IMG/VR virus record: IMGVR_UViG_3300044513_000252
Span: 1-27,631 of that record
Strand: one strand, 5' to 3'
Length of the DNA: 27,631 nt
Source: a virus
Lineage: Duplodnaviria; Caudoviricetes
Below are positions 18,419-25,594 of the stretch, in pieces. Under the pieces are notes generated by a model, which made no database searches, was not told the DNA's origin, and worked only from the letters and a program-made list of their open reading frames with translations. Within the stretch, counting starts at the first letter, position 1. Every line of letters starts with the position of its first letter. A program made the translations under genes and the position numbers.

Positions 18419-19520
18419 CACCAAGAAGCAACCGATGTTTTTCGGTGCACCCTTGGGAATGCAGAGGTACGATGAATACAAGTACCCAGACTTTGACAAA
18501 CTGACCCAGACCCAACTGGGATACTTCTGGAGACCTGAGGAGGTCTCACTTCAGAAAGATCGTTCTGACTACAAAACACTGAACGATCAACAGAAGCACA
18601 TCTATACTTCCAACCTGAAGTATCAGATCATGCTTGACTCTGTTCAGGGTCGTGCTCCTGGCATGGCATTCAAACCCTATTGCTCTCTTCCTGAACTGGA
18701 AGGTGCCATGGGTGTGTGGGAGTTCATGGAACAAATCCACTCTCGCTCCTACACTCACATCATCAAGAACATCTATCCCGATCCTTCTGAGGTATTCGAT
18801 ACCGTCCTGGACGACGAGAAGATCTTGGCTCGTGCCCGTAGTGTTACAAGTGCTTACAATGAGTACATTGATGCTGCATCTGACTGGGCACAGAGTACAA
18901 TGTGGGAGCAGGAATGGAAGGGTTCCCCCTCGCGGGATTGGACTCTGAAAGATCTCAAACGTAAACTCTACCTAGCAGTTGCCAATGTCAACATCCTGGA
19001 AGGCATCCGATTCTACGTCTCCTTCGCTTGTTCCTTCGCTTTTGGAGAGCTTAAAGTTATGGAGGGATCCGCTAAGATTATCTCTCTCATCGCCAGAGAC
19101 GAAAGCCAACATCTTGTCCTTACTCAAAAGATTTTGAAGAAGTGGGCAGAGGGTGATGATCCTGACATGCAGATCATTGCTGAAGAGGAGAAGGAGAACG
19201 TCCGTGAGATGTTCGCAGAAGCAGTTGAGCAAGAGAAAGACTGGGCAACCTATCTGTTCTCTCAGGGCAGCATGATCGGTCTTAACGAACGTCTGCTGTC
19301 TCAGTACGTTGAGTGGATTGCTAACCGTCGCATGAAGGCGGTGGGTCTGGAACCTCTCTACGATGTATCTGCCAAGAACAACCCTCTGCCTTGGACTGAG
19401 CACTGGCTAAATAGCAAAGGGCAGCAAAATGCACCCCAAGAAACCGAGATCGAATCTTACGTGGTTGGGGGAATCAAACAAGATGTCGAAGCAAACACCT
19501 TCAAAGGATTTCAACTTTGA
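18384..19520 (+). CDS. nrdB: ribonucleotide reductase class Ia beta subunit
   Basis: FWRPEEV, LDSVQG, EQIHSRSY (radical Tyr), LEGIRFYVSF, RDESQH, APQETE..SY; AAGGAG RBS. Confidence 0.99.
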   Translation: MGVTVFNEKKVDTKKQPMFFGAPLGMQRYDEYKYPDFDKLTQTQLGYFWRPEEVSLQKDRSDYKTLNDQQKHIYTSNLKYQIMLDSVQGRAPGMAFKPYCSLPELEGAMGVWEFMEQIHSRSYTHIIKNIYPDPSEVFDTVLDDEKILARARSVTSAYNEYIDAASDWAQSTMWEQEWKGSPSRDWTLKDLKRKLYLAVANVNILEGIRFYVSFACSFAFGELKVMEGSAKIISLIARDESQHLVLTQKILKKWAEGDDPDMQIIAEEEKENVREMFAEAVEQEKDWATYLFSQGSMIGLNERLLSQYVEWIANRRMKAVGLEPLYDVSAKNNPLPWTEHWLNSKGQQNAPQETEIESYVVGGIKQDVEANTFKGFQL

Positions 19521-19950
19521 GTATAAGTTTCATGTGACTTTTGGCGAAGAACATTTCTTTTCTAAGATGGAGAGATGGGCAAAACGTCAACCGTTTCCTA
19601 TCTCTTTCCTCTTGGAAGGGTTTGTTGTATGGTTAGAGAAGATCTACTACGAGTATAAGGTGGAAAAAACAATGGCAGAGGTGGACCAACAAGCAGAGTC
19701 CATCCGTAAACAATGGGAAGAGGACGCAGCAAAGTATTATGAAGAACCGATCATCACGACGGAACCGTCCGAAGTTAAAGGACTCGACTCCATCAGAATC
19801 CAGTCCCCCTACTTCATCTACAATGAACGGGATTGGTTATCAGACGACCCTAACTCCTGGTATCAGGGACCACTTGCGTTATCTGAGGTCCTTGAAGAGA
19901 GACCTTCAGAAGAACCCGAAACCATCCCTCCCGAAGAACAAACGCCATAG
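19483..19950 (+). CDS. hypothetical protein
   Basis: Acidic ORF; start uncertain; CTAAATA at 19407-19413 upstream. Confidence 0.7.
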   Translation: MSKQTPSKDFNFEYKFHVTFGEEHFFSKMERWAKRQPFPISFLLEGFVVWLEKIYYEYKVEKTMAEVDQQAESIRKQWEEDAAKYYEEPIITTEPSEVKGLDSIRIQSPYFIYNERDWLSDDPNSWYQGPLALSEVLEERPSEEPETIPPEEQTP

Positions 19951-19959
19951 ACGACCCAA

Positions 19960-20178
19960 ATGAACAATCTAGATTATCAACGTGCTATTGTCCTTGGATT
20001 TATTATTGGTGCTGCCACTACCATTCTCGGCATCTACATGCTGAAACCAGAAGTGGGTGAGTTGCCAGTTCAGAAAGAGGACACCAAGGTTGTCGGACAG
20101 TACAAGGATTGTGATATAGTTAGGTGGACACAACACCAGTTGGCAGAGTACAAGTATTTCATGTACTGTAACAAATGA
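19960..20178 (+). CDS. small membrane-anchored hypothetical protein
   Basis: N-terminal TM helix and two C-terminal Cys. Confidence 0.8.
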   Translation: MNNLDYQRAIVLGFIIGAATTILGIYMLKPEVGELPVQKEDTKVVGQYKDCDIVRWTQHQLAEYKYFMYCNK

Positions 20179-20181
20179 TAC
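20168..20181. promoter_or_regulatory. NtcA-binding box
   Basis: (T)GTA-ACAAATGA-TAC, an exact GTA-N8-TAC with GTAAC/GATAC arms. Confidence 0.65.
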
Positions 20182-20189
20182 CGTTGTGG

Positions 20190-20218
20190 TTGCCTAAATA
20201 AAAAGGTAGTGCTATACT
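20190..20218 (+). promoter_or_regulatory. sigma70-type promoter with overlapping late promoter
   Basis: TTGCCT-17 nt-TATACT with extended TG; CTAAATA at 20194-20200; predicted start about 20225, just before the aptamer. Confidence 0.7.
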
Positions 20219-20225
20219 ACCAATA

Positions 20226-20263
20226 CGTTCATCCCCTCGGGGACGCAAGTAAGTCGCGGAACG
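20226..20263 (+). ncRNA. glutamine riboswitch-like aptamer 1 (glnA/Downstream-peptide class)
   Basis: CGTTC-A-TCCC(ctcg)GGGA-CGCAAGTAAGTCGCG-GAACG: P1 CGTTC/GAACG, P2 hairpin, conserved core. Confidence 0.8.
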
Positions 20264-20266
20264 GAG

Positions 20267-20480
20267 CGTTCATCCTATGTTATCATTAGCACTGATCTTT
20301 TTTAGTCACGTCCCACCTGGGGATTTCCTTAGGTGTGAAGACTATGAATGGTTGAAGAAAGGATTGGAAGAGACAACTCTTTTCACTCCTAGTGAAAAGT
20401 CTCATATCATCCTTCACTGGATGAATCATACAGACCCACACTGTTTTGATAACAAGGACGCAAACGACTGAAGGAACGGG
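20267..20480 (+). ncRNA. glutamine riboswitch-like aptamer 2 (Downstream-peptide/glutamine-II type) with ORF-containing P2 loop
   Basis: 5' half CGTTCATCC (20267-75); 3' half GGACGCAAACGACTGAAGGAACGGG (20456-80); long-range P2 helix. Confidence 0.75.
20277..20471 (+). CDS. 64-aa protein nested in the riboswitch
   Basis: GGAG (20263-66) then ATG; hydrophobic N-terminus and two Cys; stop inside GACTGAAG. Confidence 0.7.
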   Translation: MLSLALIFFSHVPPGDFLRCEDYEWLKKGLEETTLFTPSEKSHIILHWMNHTDPHCFDNKDAND

Positions 20481-20513
20481 GATTAAACACCTCATTTCTT
20501 TAGGAGTAGACCT

Positions 20514-20681
20514 ATGAACACACTTCTCATGATCAAGCAGCAGTTGGATAAAGCCAATCGTCTGCATGACGCTCAAATCTCTCACACCGCATATCGTGGT
20601 TGTGAATATAACGTTTGCGGTCACGAGTCCAAAGAGACCCACGGGACTTTTTGTTATCGTGGTCACACTTACAACAAGTGA
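20514..20681 (+). CDS. DUF4278-like 'downstream peptide' (55 aa)
   Basis: AGGAG RBS; MNTLLMIKQQ...AYRGCEY...CYRGHTY with two YRGxxY motifs; directly after the aptamer; below the ORF-track cutoff. Confidence 0.85.
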   Translation: MNTLLMIKQQLDKANRLHDAQISHTAYRGCEYNVCGHESKETHGTFCYRGHTYNK

Positions 20682-20684
20682 TCT

Positions 20685-20692
20685 TATAAATA
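20685..20692 (+). promoter_or_regulatory. late promoter TATAAATA
   Basis: Perfect consensus, intergenic. Confidence 0.7.
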
Positions 20693-20717
20693 ATAGCGAA
20701 TATCGTCGTCGCAACCT

Positions 20718-20755
20718 AAGGGACCCCTGGCAACTATCAGATGGTCCCTTTTTTT
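20718..20755 (+). terminator. Rho-independent terminator
   Basis: AAGGGACC...GGTCCCTT stem with inner CTGG/TCAG, then a T-run. Confidence 0.8.
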
Positions 20756-20786
20756 ATGGTCTAAATATCTTTAACCGTAGGAGGAC

Positions 20787-21443
20787 ATGATGAAAATCTT
20801 TCTCGATTGCTCAGACATTGATCAGATTGCTGAGGCATGTGAGACAGGATTGATCGACGGGGTAACAACAAACCCAACGCTAATCAAAAAGTCAGGAAAA
20901 GATCCAAAGGAAGTTCTTACAGAGATCTCGGAGATGTTCCCATGGGATGCATCGGTCTCTGCCGAAGTGGTGGGTGATACTGCAGAAGACATGCTAGAGA
21001 TGGCTGATGACTTCTGTCAGATTGGTAGCAATATCACAATCAAACTTCCACTTACTAGAGACGGTCTTATTGCTTGTAAGGAACTTAGTCAAGACAAGAT
21101 CTCAACAAACGTAACACTGTGCTTCACTGCCGCTCAGGCAATACTTGCTGCTAAAGCAGGTGCAACATACATCTCACCGTTCATTGGAAGACTTGATGAC
21201 TGCCACCTGGCAGGCATTGATATCATCCAAGATATCTCTGAGGTCTATATGATGCATGATGTGAAGACACAAATCCTTGCTGCATCCATTCGTCAACCGC
21301 ATCAGGTAACACAGGCATTCACCCGTGGTGCTGATGTAGTTACAATGCCGTTCATGATTTTTATGAACATGTATCATCACCCCTTGACAACCAAGGGACT
21401 GGAACAGTTTAATAAGGATTGGGCTGAGGTATTAGGTAGATGA
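20787..21443 (+). CDS. talC: transaldolase (TalC)
   Basis: IFLD, GVTTNPT, SAEV (catalytic Glu), IKLP (Schiff-base Lys), YISPFIGR, LAASIR; CTAAATA at 20761 and GAGGA RBS. Confidence 0.96.
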   Translation: MMKIFLDCSDIDQIAEACETGLIDGVTTNPTLIKKSGKDPKEVLTEISEMFPWDASVSAEVVGDTAEDMLEMADDFCQIGSNITIKLPLTRDGLIACKELSQDKISTNVTLCFTAAQAILAAKAGATYISPFIGRLDDCHLAGIDIIQDISEVYMMHDVKTQILAASIRQPHQVTQAFTRGADVVTMPFMIFMNMYHHPLTTKGLEQFNKDWAEVLGR

Positions 21444-21580
21444 AGTGTGAGGTAACCATGTATAAAGCGGGCACTGTATTCAAAGAAGAGTACATTGCCC
21501 GCGATTATCAGGACGCTAGGAACGTAGCGTTGGCAAGGAACCCAGGTGTAACTATCATTGGAGTAACCGCAAAGTTATGA
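21440..21580 (+). CDS. small hypothetical protein (46 aa)
   Basis: MKCEVTMYKAGTVFKEEYIARDYQDARNVALARNPGVTIIGVTAKL; ATGA-coupled at both ends. Confidence 0.8.
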   Translation: MKCEVTMYKAGTVFKEEYIARDYQDARNVALARNPGVTIIGVTAKL

Positions 21581-21744
21581 ACTATGAAAAGGTAAAACTG
21601 ATTGCACACAATCTTAAGTTGCTCGCTGCAAGTCTTGAGGATGCAATCAAAGAAGACCCAGAGGCATACACAACTCCATACCCACCATCGTCCTCTCGTA
21701 TCGGTTATAGATATGATGGTGATGATGATGGGTACGCAGATTGA
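21577..21744 (+). CDS. small hypothetical protein (55 aa)
   Basis: MNYEKVKLIAHNLKLLAASLED...DDDGYAD; coupled at both ends. Confidence 0.8.
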   Translation: MNYEKVKLIAHNLKLLAASLEDAIKEDPEAYTTPYPPSSSRIGYRYDGDDDGYAD

Positions 21745-22070
21745 AACCTCAAAGTGCAAAAGCAAAAGGACGTAACTTCCAAAAGTGGGTAAGAGATATG
21801 CTCATCGAGCATAGAAATGTGCATCCTGAAGATATTGAATCCCGCAGCATGGGTGCTGGTGGGGAAGACCTCATCATGGCACGAGATGCTAGACAGAAGT
21901 TTCCCTTTAGTATAGAATGTAAGAACGTAGAGCGTCTCAATGTATGGGATGCCTACGAACAAGCGTGTGCTAACTCAGGAGACCATGAACCTATTCTCTT
22001 CATGAAGAAGAATAGAAAGAAACCTCTGGTCGTTGTTGATGCTGAGTGGTTTATTAAAAACTTCAAGTAG
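21741..22070 (+). CDS. Hjc-like PD-(D/E)xK endonuclease (putative Holliday junction resolvase)
   Basis: KAKGRNFQ...GEDLI...SIECKN; TTG start overlapping the upstream stop. Confidence 0.75.
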   Translation: MKPQSAKAKGRNFQKWVRDMLIEHRNVHPEDIESRSMGAGGEDLIMARDARQKFPFSIECKNVERLNVWDAYEQACANSGDHEPILFMKKNRKKPLVVVDAEWFIKNFK

Positions 22071-22073
22071 ATT

Positions 22074-22652
22074 ATGTTCCAAGTACCATTTGATCACTTC
22101 CCACCTCCTCCAGAGTTTAAGAAGTACAAAGAACAACTATTAGAAATCATCGATGCAGATGACAACACCATGCATCGTATGACTCCTAGTGGAGAAGCAG
22201 TCTTCGATCTTAAGACAGACTTCTTTCACAACGACAAGCAACGCACCTTCCCGAAGTACATGCCAATCGTGGAAGAGGCATTGGAACCCTATCTCACAGT
22301 CCTGTCAGACAACCTAGGGTTTCCTGTAGACATTCAGGCGATGTGGTATCAACAAACCATGCGGGGACAGTTTCATCAGGTCCACAATCATGGTGCAGTT
22401 GGTATGTCTGCTGTGTGGTATCTAGAGTTTAATCCTCTAGCACACAAGTCAACCACATTCTATTGCCCCTTCCCCGACCCATTGACGGGGGATCTTCTTA
22501 ACAACAATCCCGTTGCAAATGAAGGGGACCTGTTAGTCTTTCCGTCGTTTCTTCTCCATGAACAAGAACCAAACGATTCTGACATACGCAGGACTATTAT
22601 TTCATTTAACATCGCGGGTGTTCCTCGTCCCACCTATAAGCGCCCTGCTTGA
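22074..22652 (+). CDS. putative 2OG-Fe(II) oxygenase (HxH type)
   Basis: HNH..MSAVWYL, EGDLLVFPSFLLH, RTIISFN. Confidence 0.88.
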   Translation: MFQVPFDHFPPPPEFKKYKEQLLEIIDADDNTMHRMTPSGEAVFDLKTDFFHNDKQRTFPKYMPIVEEALEPYLTVLSDNLGFPVDIQAMWYQQTMRGQFHQVHNHGAVGMSAVWYLEFNPLAHKSTTFYCPFPDPLTGDLLNNNPVANEGDLLVFPSFLLHEQEPNDSDIRRTIISFNIAGVPRPTYKRPA

Positions 22653-22678
22653 CAGGGAGACCAAGGACGCTATATACT
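22649..22678 (+). promoter_or_regulatory. sigma70-type promoter
   Basis: TTGACA-18 nt-TATACT upstream of the small ORF and tRNAs. Confidence 0.75.
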
Positions 22679-22704
22679 TAGCAAGTGGTCAGGGGGAACG
22701 ATCC

Positions 22705-22854
22705 ATGTTTGATTTTCTGGAAGAAGCAGAGCAAGATGTTCTGTACAACACTGTTGATCTATTAGTGGACAAACTGCATGAACTCACAAGTGAAGGGCGA
22801 TTGGATGAAGCAAAGTACATTGCTGAGCACCTCTATGAACTCGGTCTAAGGTAA
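22705..22854 (+). CDS. small acidic hypothetical protein (49 aa)
   Basis: AGGGGG RBS then ATG 22705, downstream of the promoter. Confidence 0.7.
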   Translation: MFDFLEEAEQDVLYNTVDLLVDKLHELTSEGRLDEAKYIAEHLYELGLR

Positions 22855-22860
22855 CTCCGA

Positions 22861-22933
22861 GGGACAGTAGCTCAGTGGATAGAGCAACTGCCTTCTAAGC
22901 AGTCGGTCGTAGGTTCGATCCCTACCTGTCTCG
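22861..22933 (+). tRNA. tRNA-Arg(UCU)
   Basis: Acceptor GGGACAG/CTGTCTC; anticodon arm ACTGC-cttctaa-GCAGT; GTTCGA T-loop; no encoded CCA. Confidence 0.95.
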
Positions 22934-22936
22934 TTC

Positions 22937-23008
22937 GGGCGATTAACTCAGCGGTAGAGTGGCCTCCTTACAAGTGGTAAGTCACTGGTTCGATTCCAGT
23001 ATCGCCCA
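22937..23008 (+). tRNA. tRNA-Val(UAC)
   Basis: Acceptor GGGCGAT/ATCGCCC; loop cttacaa; ACTGG-ttcgatt-CCAGT; no encoded CCA. Confidence 0.93.
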
Positions 23009-23052
23009 CTCGGTAGATAACTACCGAACAACAACCAAATAGGAGATCGATT

Positions 23053-23271
23053 ATGAGTGTAAGAGATCGTTTTGCAGGTAGTCTGCAACTTTTGAAGGAT
23101 GCTGTTAATGGCAACGTTGCCCTTGACACAGAGTATCCCTCACTCTTCTCTTCCCTTTGCCGATTTTATTCGGACTTCAAAGGCGTCCAGTTCTGGGGTC
23201 TTGATGTAGAGGAAGACTACACTATTCTCATTGATCATCTGGTTGAAGATCACGTCCTGGAAGCGACGTAA
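23053..23271 (+). CDS. hypothetical protein
   Basis: 72 aa with AGGAG RBS. Confidence 0.8.
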   Translation: MSVRDRFAGSLQLLKDAVNGNVALDTEYPSLFSSLCRFYSDFKGVQFWGLDVEEDYTILIDHLVEDHVLEAT

Positions 23272-23295
23272 AACCTGCCTGGTGGAGCCAAGTTT

Positions 23296-23907
23296 ATGAA
23301 TGCTGCTATTGTTGATGGTAATGTTATTGTTCCCTCAGAGGACTTTCTTTACACAGAGTTTATTGATCCAACCATTTGCGATCGGTTTATCGACTGGTAT
23401 CAAAGGGATTCGGACACATACTTTTTGAAAGGACCTGGGGAATCTTTGAAGGACAATGGTGGCGTCATTGACCCAACTATAAAGGAGTCCATTGATACTC
23501 CTGTTATGAACATGGTTCTTATTGAACCCGTCAATGCCTTTGTTGATGAAGTTGATCGCATAATGGGGAACTACGTTAAGAAGTTCCCTTTTTGTGCTAA
23601 AGGGGGTGCATTTCATATGGACCCTGGTTGGAACATTCAGTGGTACCCTCCTGGAGGTGGGTACAAGAAGTGGCACACTGAACGTTTATCTTCATGTCGC
23701 GTTGATGTATATCGCCACTTAGTTTGGATGGTATATCTAAATGATGTGCCTAATGGTGGGACTGAATGGTTCCACCAGAACCAATATGTAGAAGCAGAAA
23801 AAGGAAAGTGCTGCATCTGGCCAGCGGACTGGACCTGGACCCACAAGGGTCGTGTGTCCGAGACCCATGACAAACTACTGGCAACAGGGTGGTATTCTTT
23901 CGCCTGA
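23296..23907 (+). CDS. 2OG-Fe(II) oxygenase
   Basis: NIQWYPPGGGY..WHTE, WMVYLNDV..GGTEW, WPADWTWTHKG. Confidence 0.9.
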   Translation: MNAAIVDGNVIVPSEDFLYTEFIDPTICDRFIDWYQRDSDTYFLKGPGESLKDNGGVIDPTIKESIDTPVMNMVLIEPVNAFVDEVDRIMGNYVKKFPFCAKGGAFHMDPGWNIQWYPPGGGYKKWHTERLSSCRVDVYRHLVWMVYLNDVPNGGTEWFHQNQYVEAEKGKCCIWPADWTWTHKGRVSETHDKLLATGWYSFA

Positions 23908-23938
23908 TCTGCTACAATGACTCCAGTCGCATCGGACC

Positions 23939-24172
23939 ATGAACGTCATCCTAGAACGATTCCCCTATCGATACGTGGAGTGTGGCACGTTGGAGATCAA
24001 CGGGATGCCAGACTACCGTATCCAGAAGGCGAACGAGTATACCAAACGGTATGGTGACATGTACCTTTGCGACAATGGTATGCAGTTCATGCTTGCCATG
24101 GAAGATTTTGAGTACACGAAATGGTTAGATCCAGATCGTGTACCTTGTTACATTCGCGATTCCGTATCATGA
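23939..24172 (+). CDS. conserved cyanophage hypothetical protein
   Basis: ERFPYRYVE...PDYRIQK...YTKWLDP; extended -10 TGcTACAAT at 23910-23918. Confidence 0.82.
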   Translation: MNVILERFPYRYVECGTLEINGMPDYRIQKANEYTKRYGDMYLCDNGMQFMLAMEDFEYTKWLDPDRVPCYIRDSVS

Positions 24173-24477
24173 CTTATCAACCGTACAAGAACGCAACTGA
24201 TGCTCTGAAAGAGGCAGTCATCTCTGCACTTCGTATTGACGAGGATCCTGCAGTGCTGTCTGAACTCTGGCGTCACCTCCTTGGCGTGCAACGTATCACT
24301 CAGGACAACCTGCATACCGATAAGGATGACACGCTCACTTTCCCGAGCAGTGATCCTTATGACCCCTATGGTCTTGACCCTTTCACTACTGAGATGAGGG
24401 ACTTCCCTGTTGCTGCAGGGTCCGTCCACCTTCCTGGTGGTCTTGGTCAGGATGTCATTACATTCGGTCCCGAGTGA
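24169..24477 (+). CDS. hypothetical protein
   Basis: ATGA-coupled start MTYQPYKN... Confidence 0.78.
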   Translation: MTYQPYKNATDALKEAVISALRIDEDPAVLSELWRHLLGVQRITQDNLHTDKDDTLTFPSSDPYDPYGLDPFTTEMRDFPVAAGSVHLPGGLGQDVITFGPE

Positions 24478-24478
24478 C

Positions 24479-24528
24479 TTGACAAACCGTAACAATCCGT
24501 GCTATATATTGTAACAGTTCGTTACAAA
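24479..24528 (+). promoter_or_regulatory. sigma70-type promoter plus HLR1-like (RpaB) site
   Basis: TTGACA (24479), TGcTATATA, then GTAACAGT-tc-GTTACAAA (24511-24528). Confidence 0.65.
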
Positions 24529-24533
24529 GCACA

Positions 24534-24743
24534 ATGACCGTTACTAAGAACGAGTGGGGACAGGTGAACATGTTCGCCAAAGAACCCTCAATGTACATGA
24601 CAAAGGAAGACCTGGATCGTTATGGTATTGAACCTTACGCTGAGAAAGCAGAGAAGATGAATGGACGTTATGCCATGCTTGGCATCGTTGCTGGATTCCT
24701 TTCCTATGCTCTCACTGGTAAACTCTTCTTCGGTATCGTCTGA
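24534..24743 (+). CDS. hli: high-light-inducible protein
   Basis: AEKMNGRYAMLG chlorophyll-binding helix; NMFAKEP N-terminus. Confidence 0.95.
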   Translation: MTVTKNEWGQVNMFAKEPSMYMTKEDLDRYGIEPYAEKAEKMNGRYAMLGIVAGFLSYALTGKLFFGIV

Positions 24744-24829
24744 TGGCAGAGTTTATCTGGACAATCACCAGCGTTTCTTTCTTTGTCTTACTGGCCCATT
24801 CTGTAGACAAACTCTCCGAAACTTACTAA
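24743..24829 (+). CDS. 28-aa single-TM peptide
   Basis: MAEFIWTITSVSFFVLLAHSVDKLSETY; TGATG-coupled to hli, ends 3 nt before petF. Confidence 0.65.
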   Translation: MAEFIWTITSVSFFVLLAHSVDKLSETY

Positions 24830-24832
24830 CTC

Positions 24833-25123
24833 ATGGCCTACAATGTTACCCTCCAATCTCCTGACGGCACCGAAACTGTCATTCAATGTCAAGAGGATCA
24901 GTACATTCTTGAAGCAGCAGAAGAAGCAGGTGTTGACCTCCCTTCGTCGTGTAAAGCAGGCGCTTGCTCGGCTTGTGCAGGAAAACTCATCTCTGGCACC
25001 GTAGATAACGAGGAGCAATCATTCCTTGATGATGATCAACTTGCTGATGGTTGGGTGCTCACTTGTGTGGCATACCCCACCAGCGATTGTGTGATTCTTA
25101 CTGAGCAGGAGGAAAACCTGTGA
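24833..25123 (+). CDS. petF: plant-type [2Fe-2S] ferredoxin
   Basis: [10 protein letters not shown]...VLTCVAYP. Confidence 0.98.
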   Translation: MAYNVTLQSPDGTETVIQCQEDQYILEAAEEAGVDLPSSCKAGACSACAGKLISGTVDNEEQSFLDDDQLADGWVLTCVAYPTSDCVILTEQEENL

Positions 25124-25138
25124 TGAGTTGAGGAACAA

Positions 25139-25594
25139 ATGAATGAAGACATGCCGTGGGTCAATCTCACACAAGAGGAAGTTGATGAACTTCGCACCAA
25201 GAAACATGAACTTACAGAGTATGGTAAACAAAAGTTCAAAGAAATGACTACTGGAGAACTTATGGACACTGAAAAGTTTCAAGAAGAACTTTCTAAACAG
25301 AAAGTATTTGATGCGGATAAGTTTGCGGTGGAAAACAGTATGGTAAGAAATCATCGTATCCTTGACCGATACAATATGTTCTACAATACTCAATGTTCTG
25401 GTCTTTCTCACGGCACACCTATCACACCAGAGTTTCAACAAGCAATGGCTTTAGAGTGTATGCTTGATGCTTTACGTTATGAGAATCTCAACCATGAGTT
25501 TGATAGTATTCCCACTGCTGATATCAATGATCTCATCAATGGACTCTACGATCAAGGTAGAGAATCACTCAAATCATTTAATCACAACCCATGA
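25139..25594 (+). CDS. hypothetical protein
   Basis: 151 aa with GAGGA RBS. Confidence 0.78.
   Translation: MNEDMPWVNLTQEEVDELRTKKHELTEYGKQKFKEMTTGELMDTEKFQEELSKQKVFDADKFAVENSMVRNHRILDRYNMFYNTQCSGLSHGTPITPEFQQAMALECMLDALRYENLNHEFDSIPTADINDLINGLYDQGRESLKSFNHNP

Noticed and set aside
993-19520. Possible inteins or introns in gp43, gp41, nrdA and nrdB
   Set aside because: All are uninterrupted and of normal length, with no intein or homing-endonuclease motifs.
20205-20221. GGTAGT/ACTACC inverted repeat as a second NtcA site
   Set aside because: GTA-TAC spacings are N6 or N9; it overlaps the -10 and has no assignable function.
20566-20790. 74-aa + strand ORF in the track
   Set aside because: It overlaps the better-supported DUF4278-like gene in another frame and runs through a promoter and a terminator.
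23272-23295. CCTGGTGGAGCCA intergenic motif as a structured RNA
   Set aside because: No convincing stem; GGAG is adequately explained as the RBS of 23296.
24511-24525. GTA...TAC palindrome at the hli promoter as an NtcA box
   Set aside because: The spacing is N9, not N8; it is better explained as HLR1-like.
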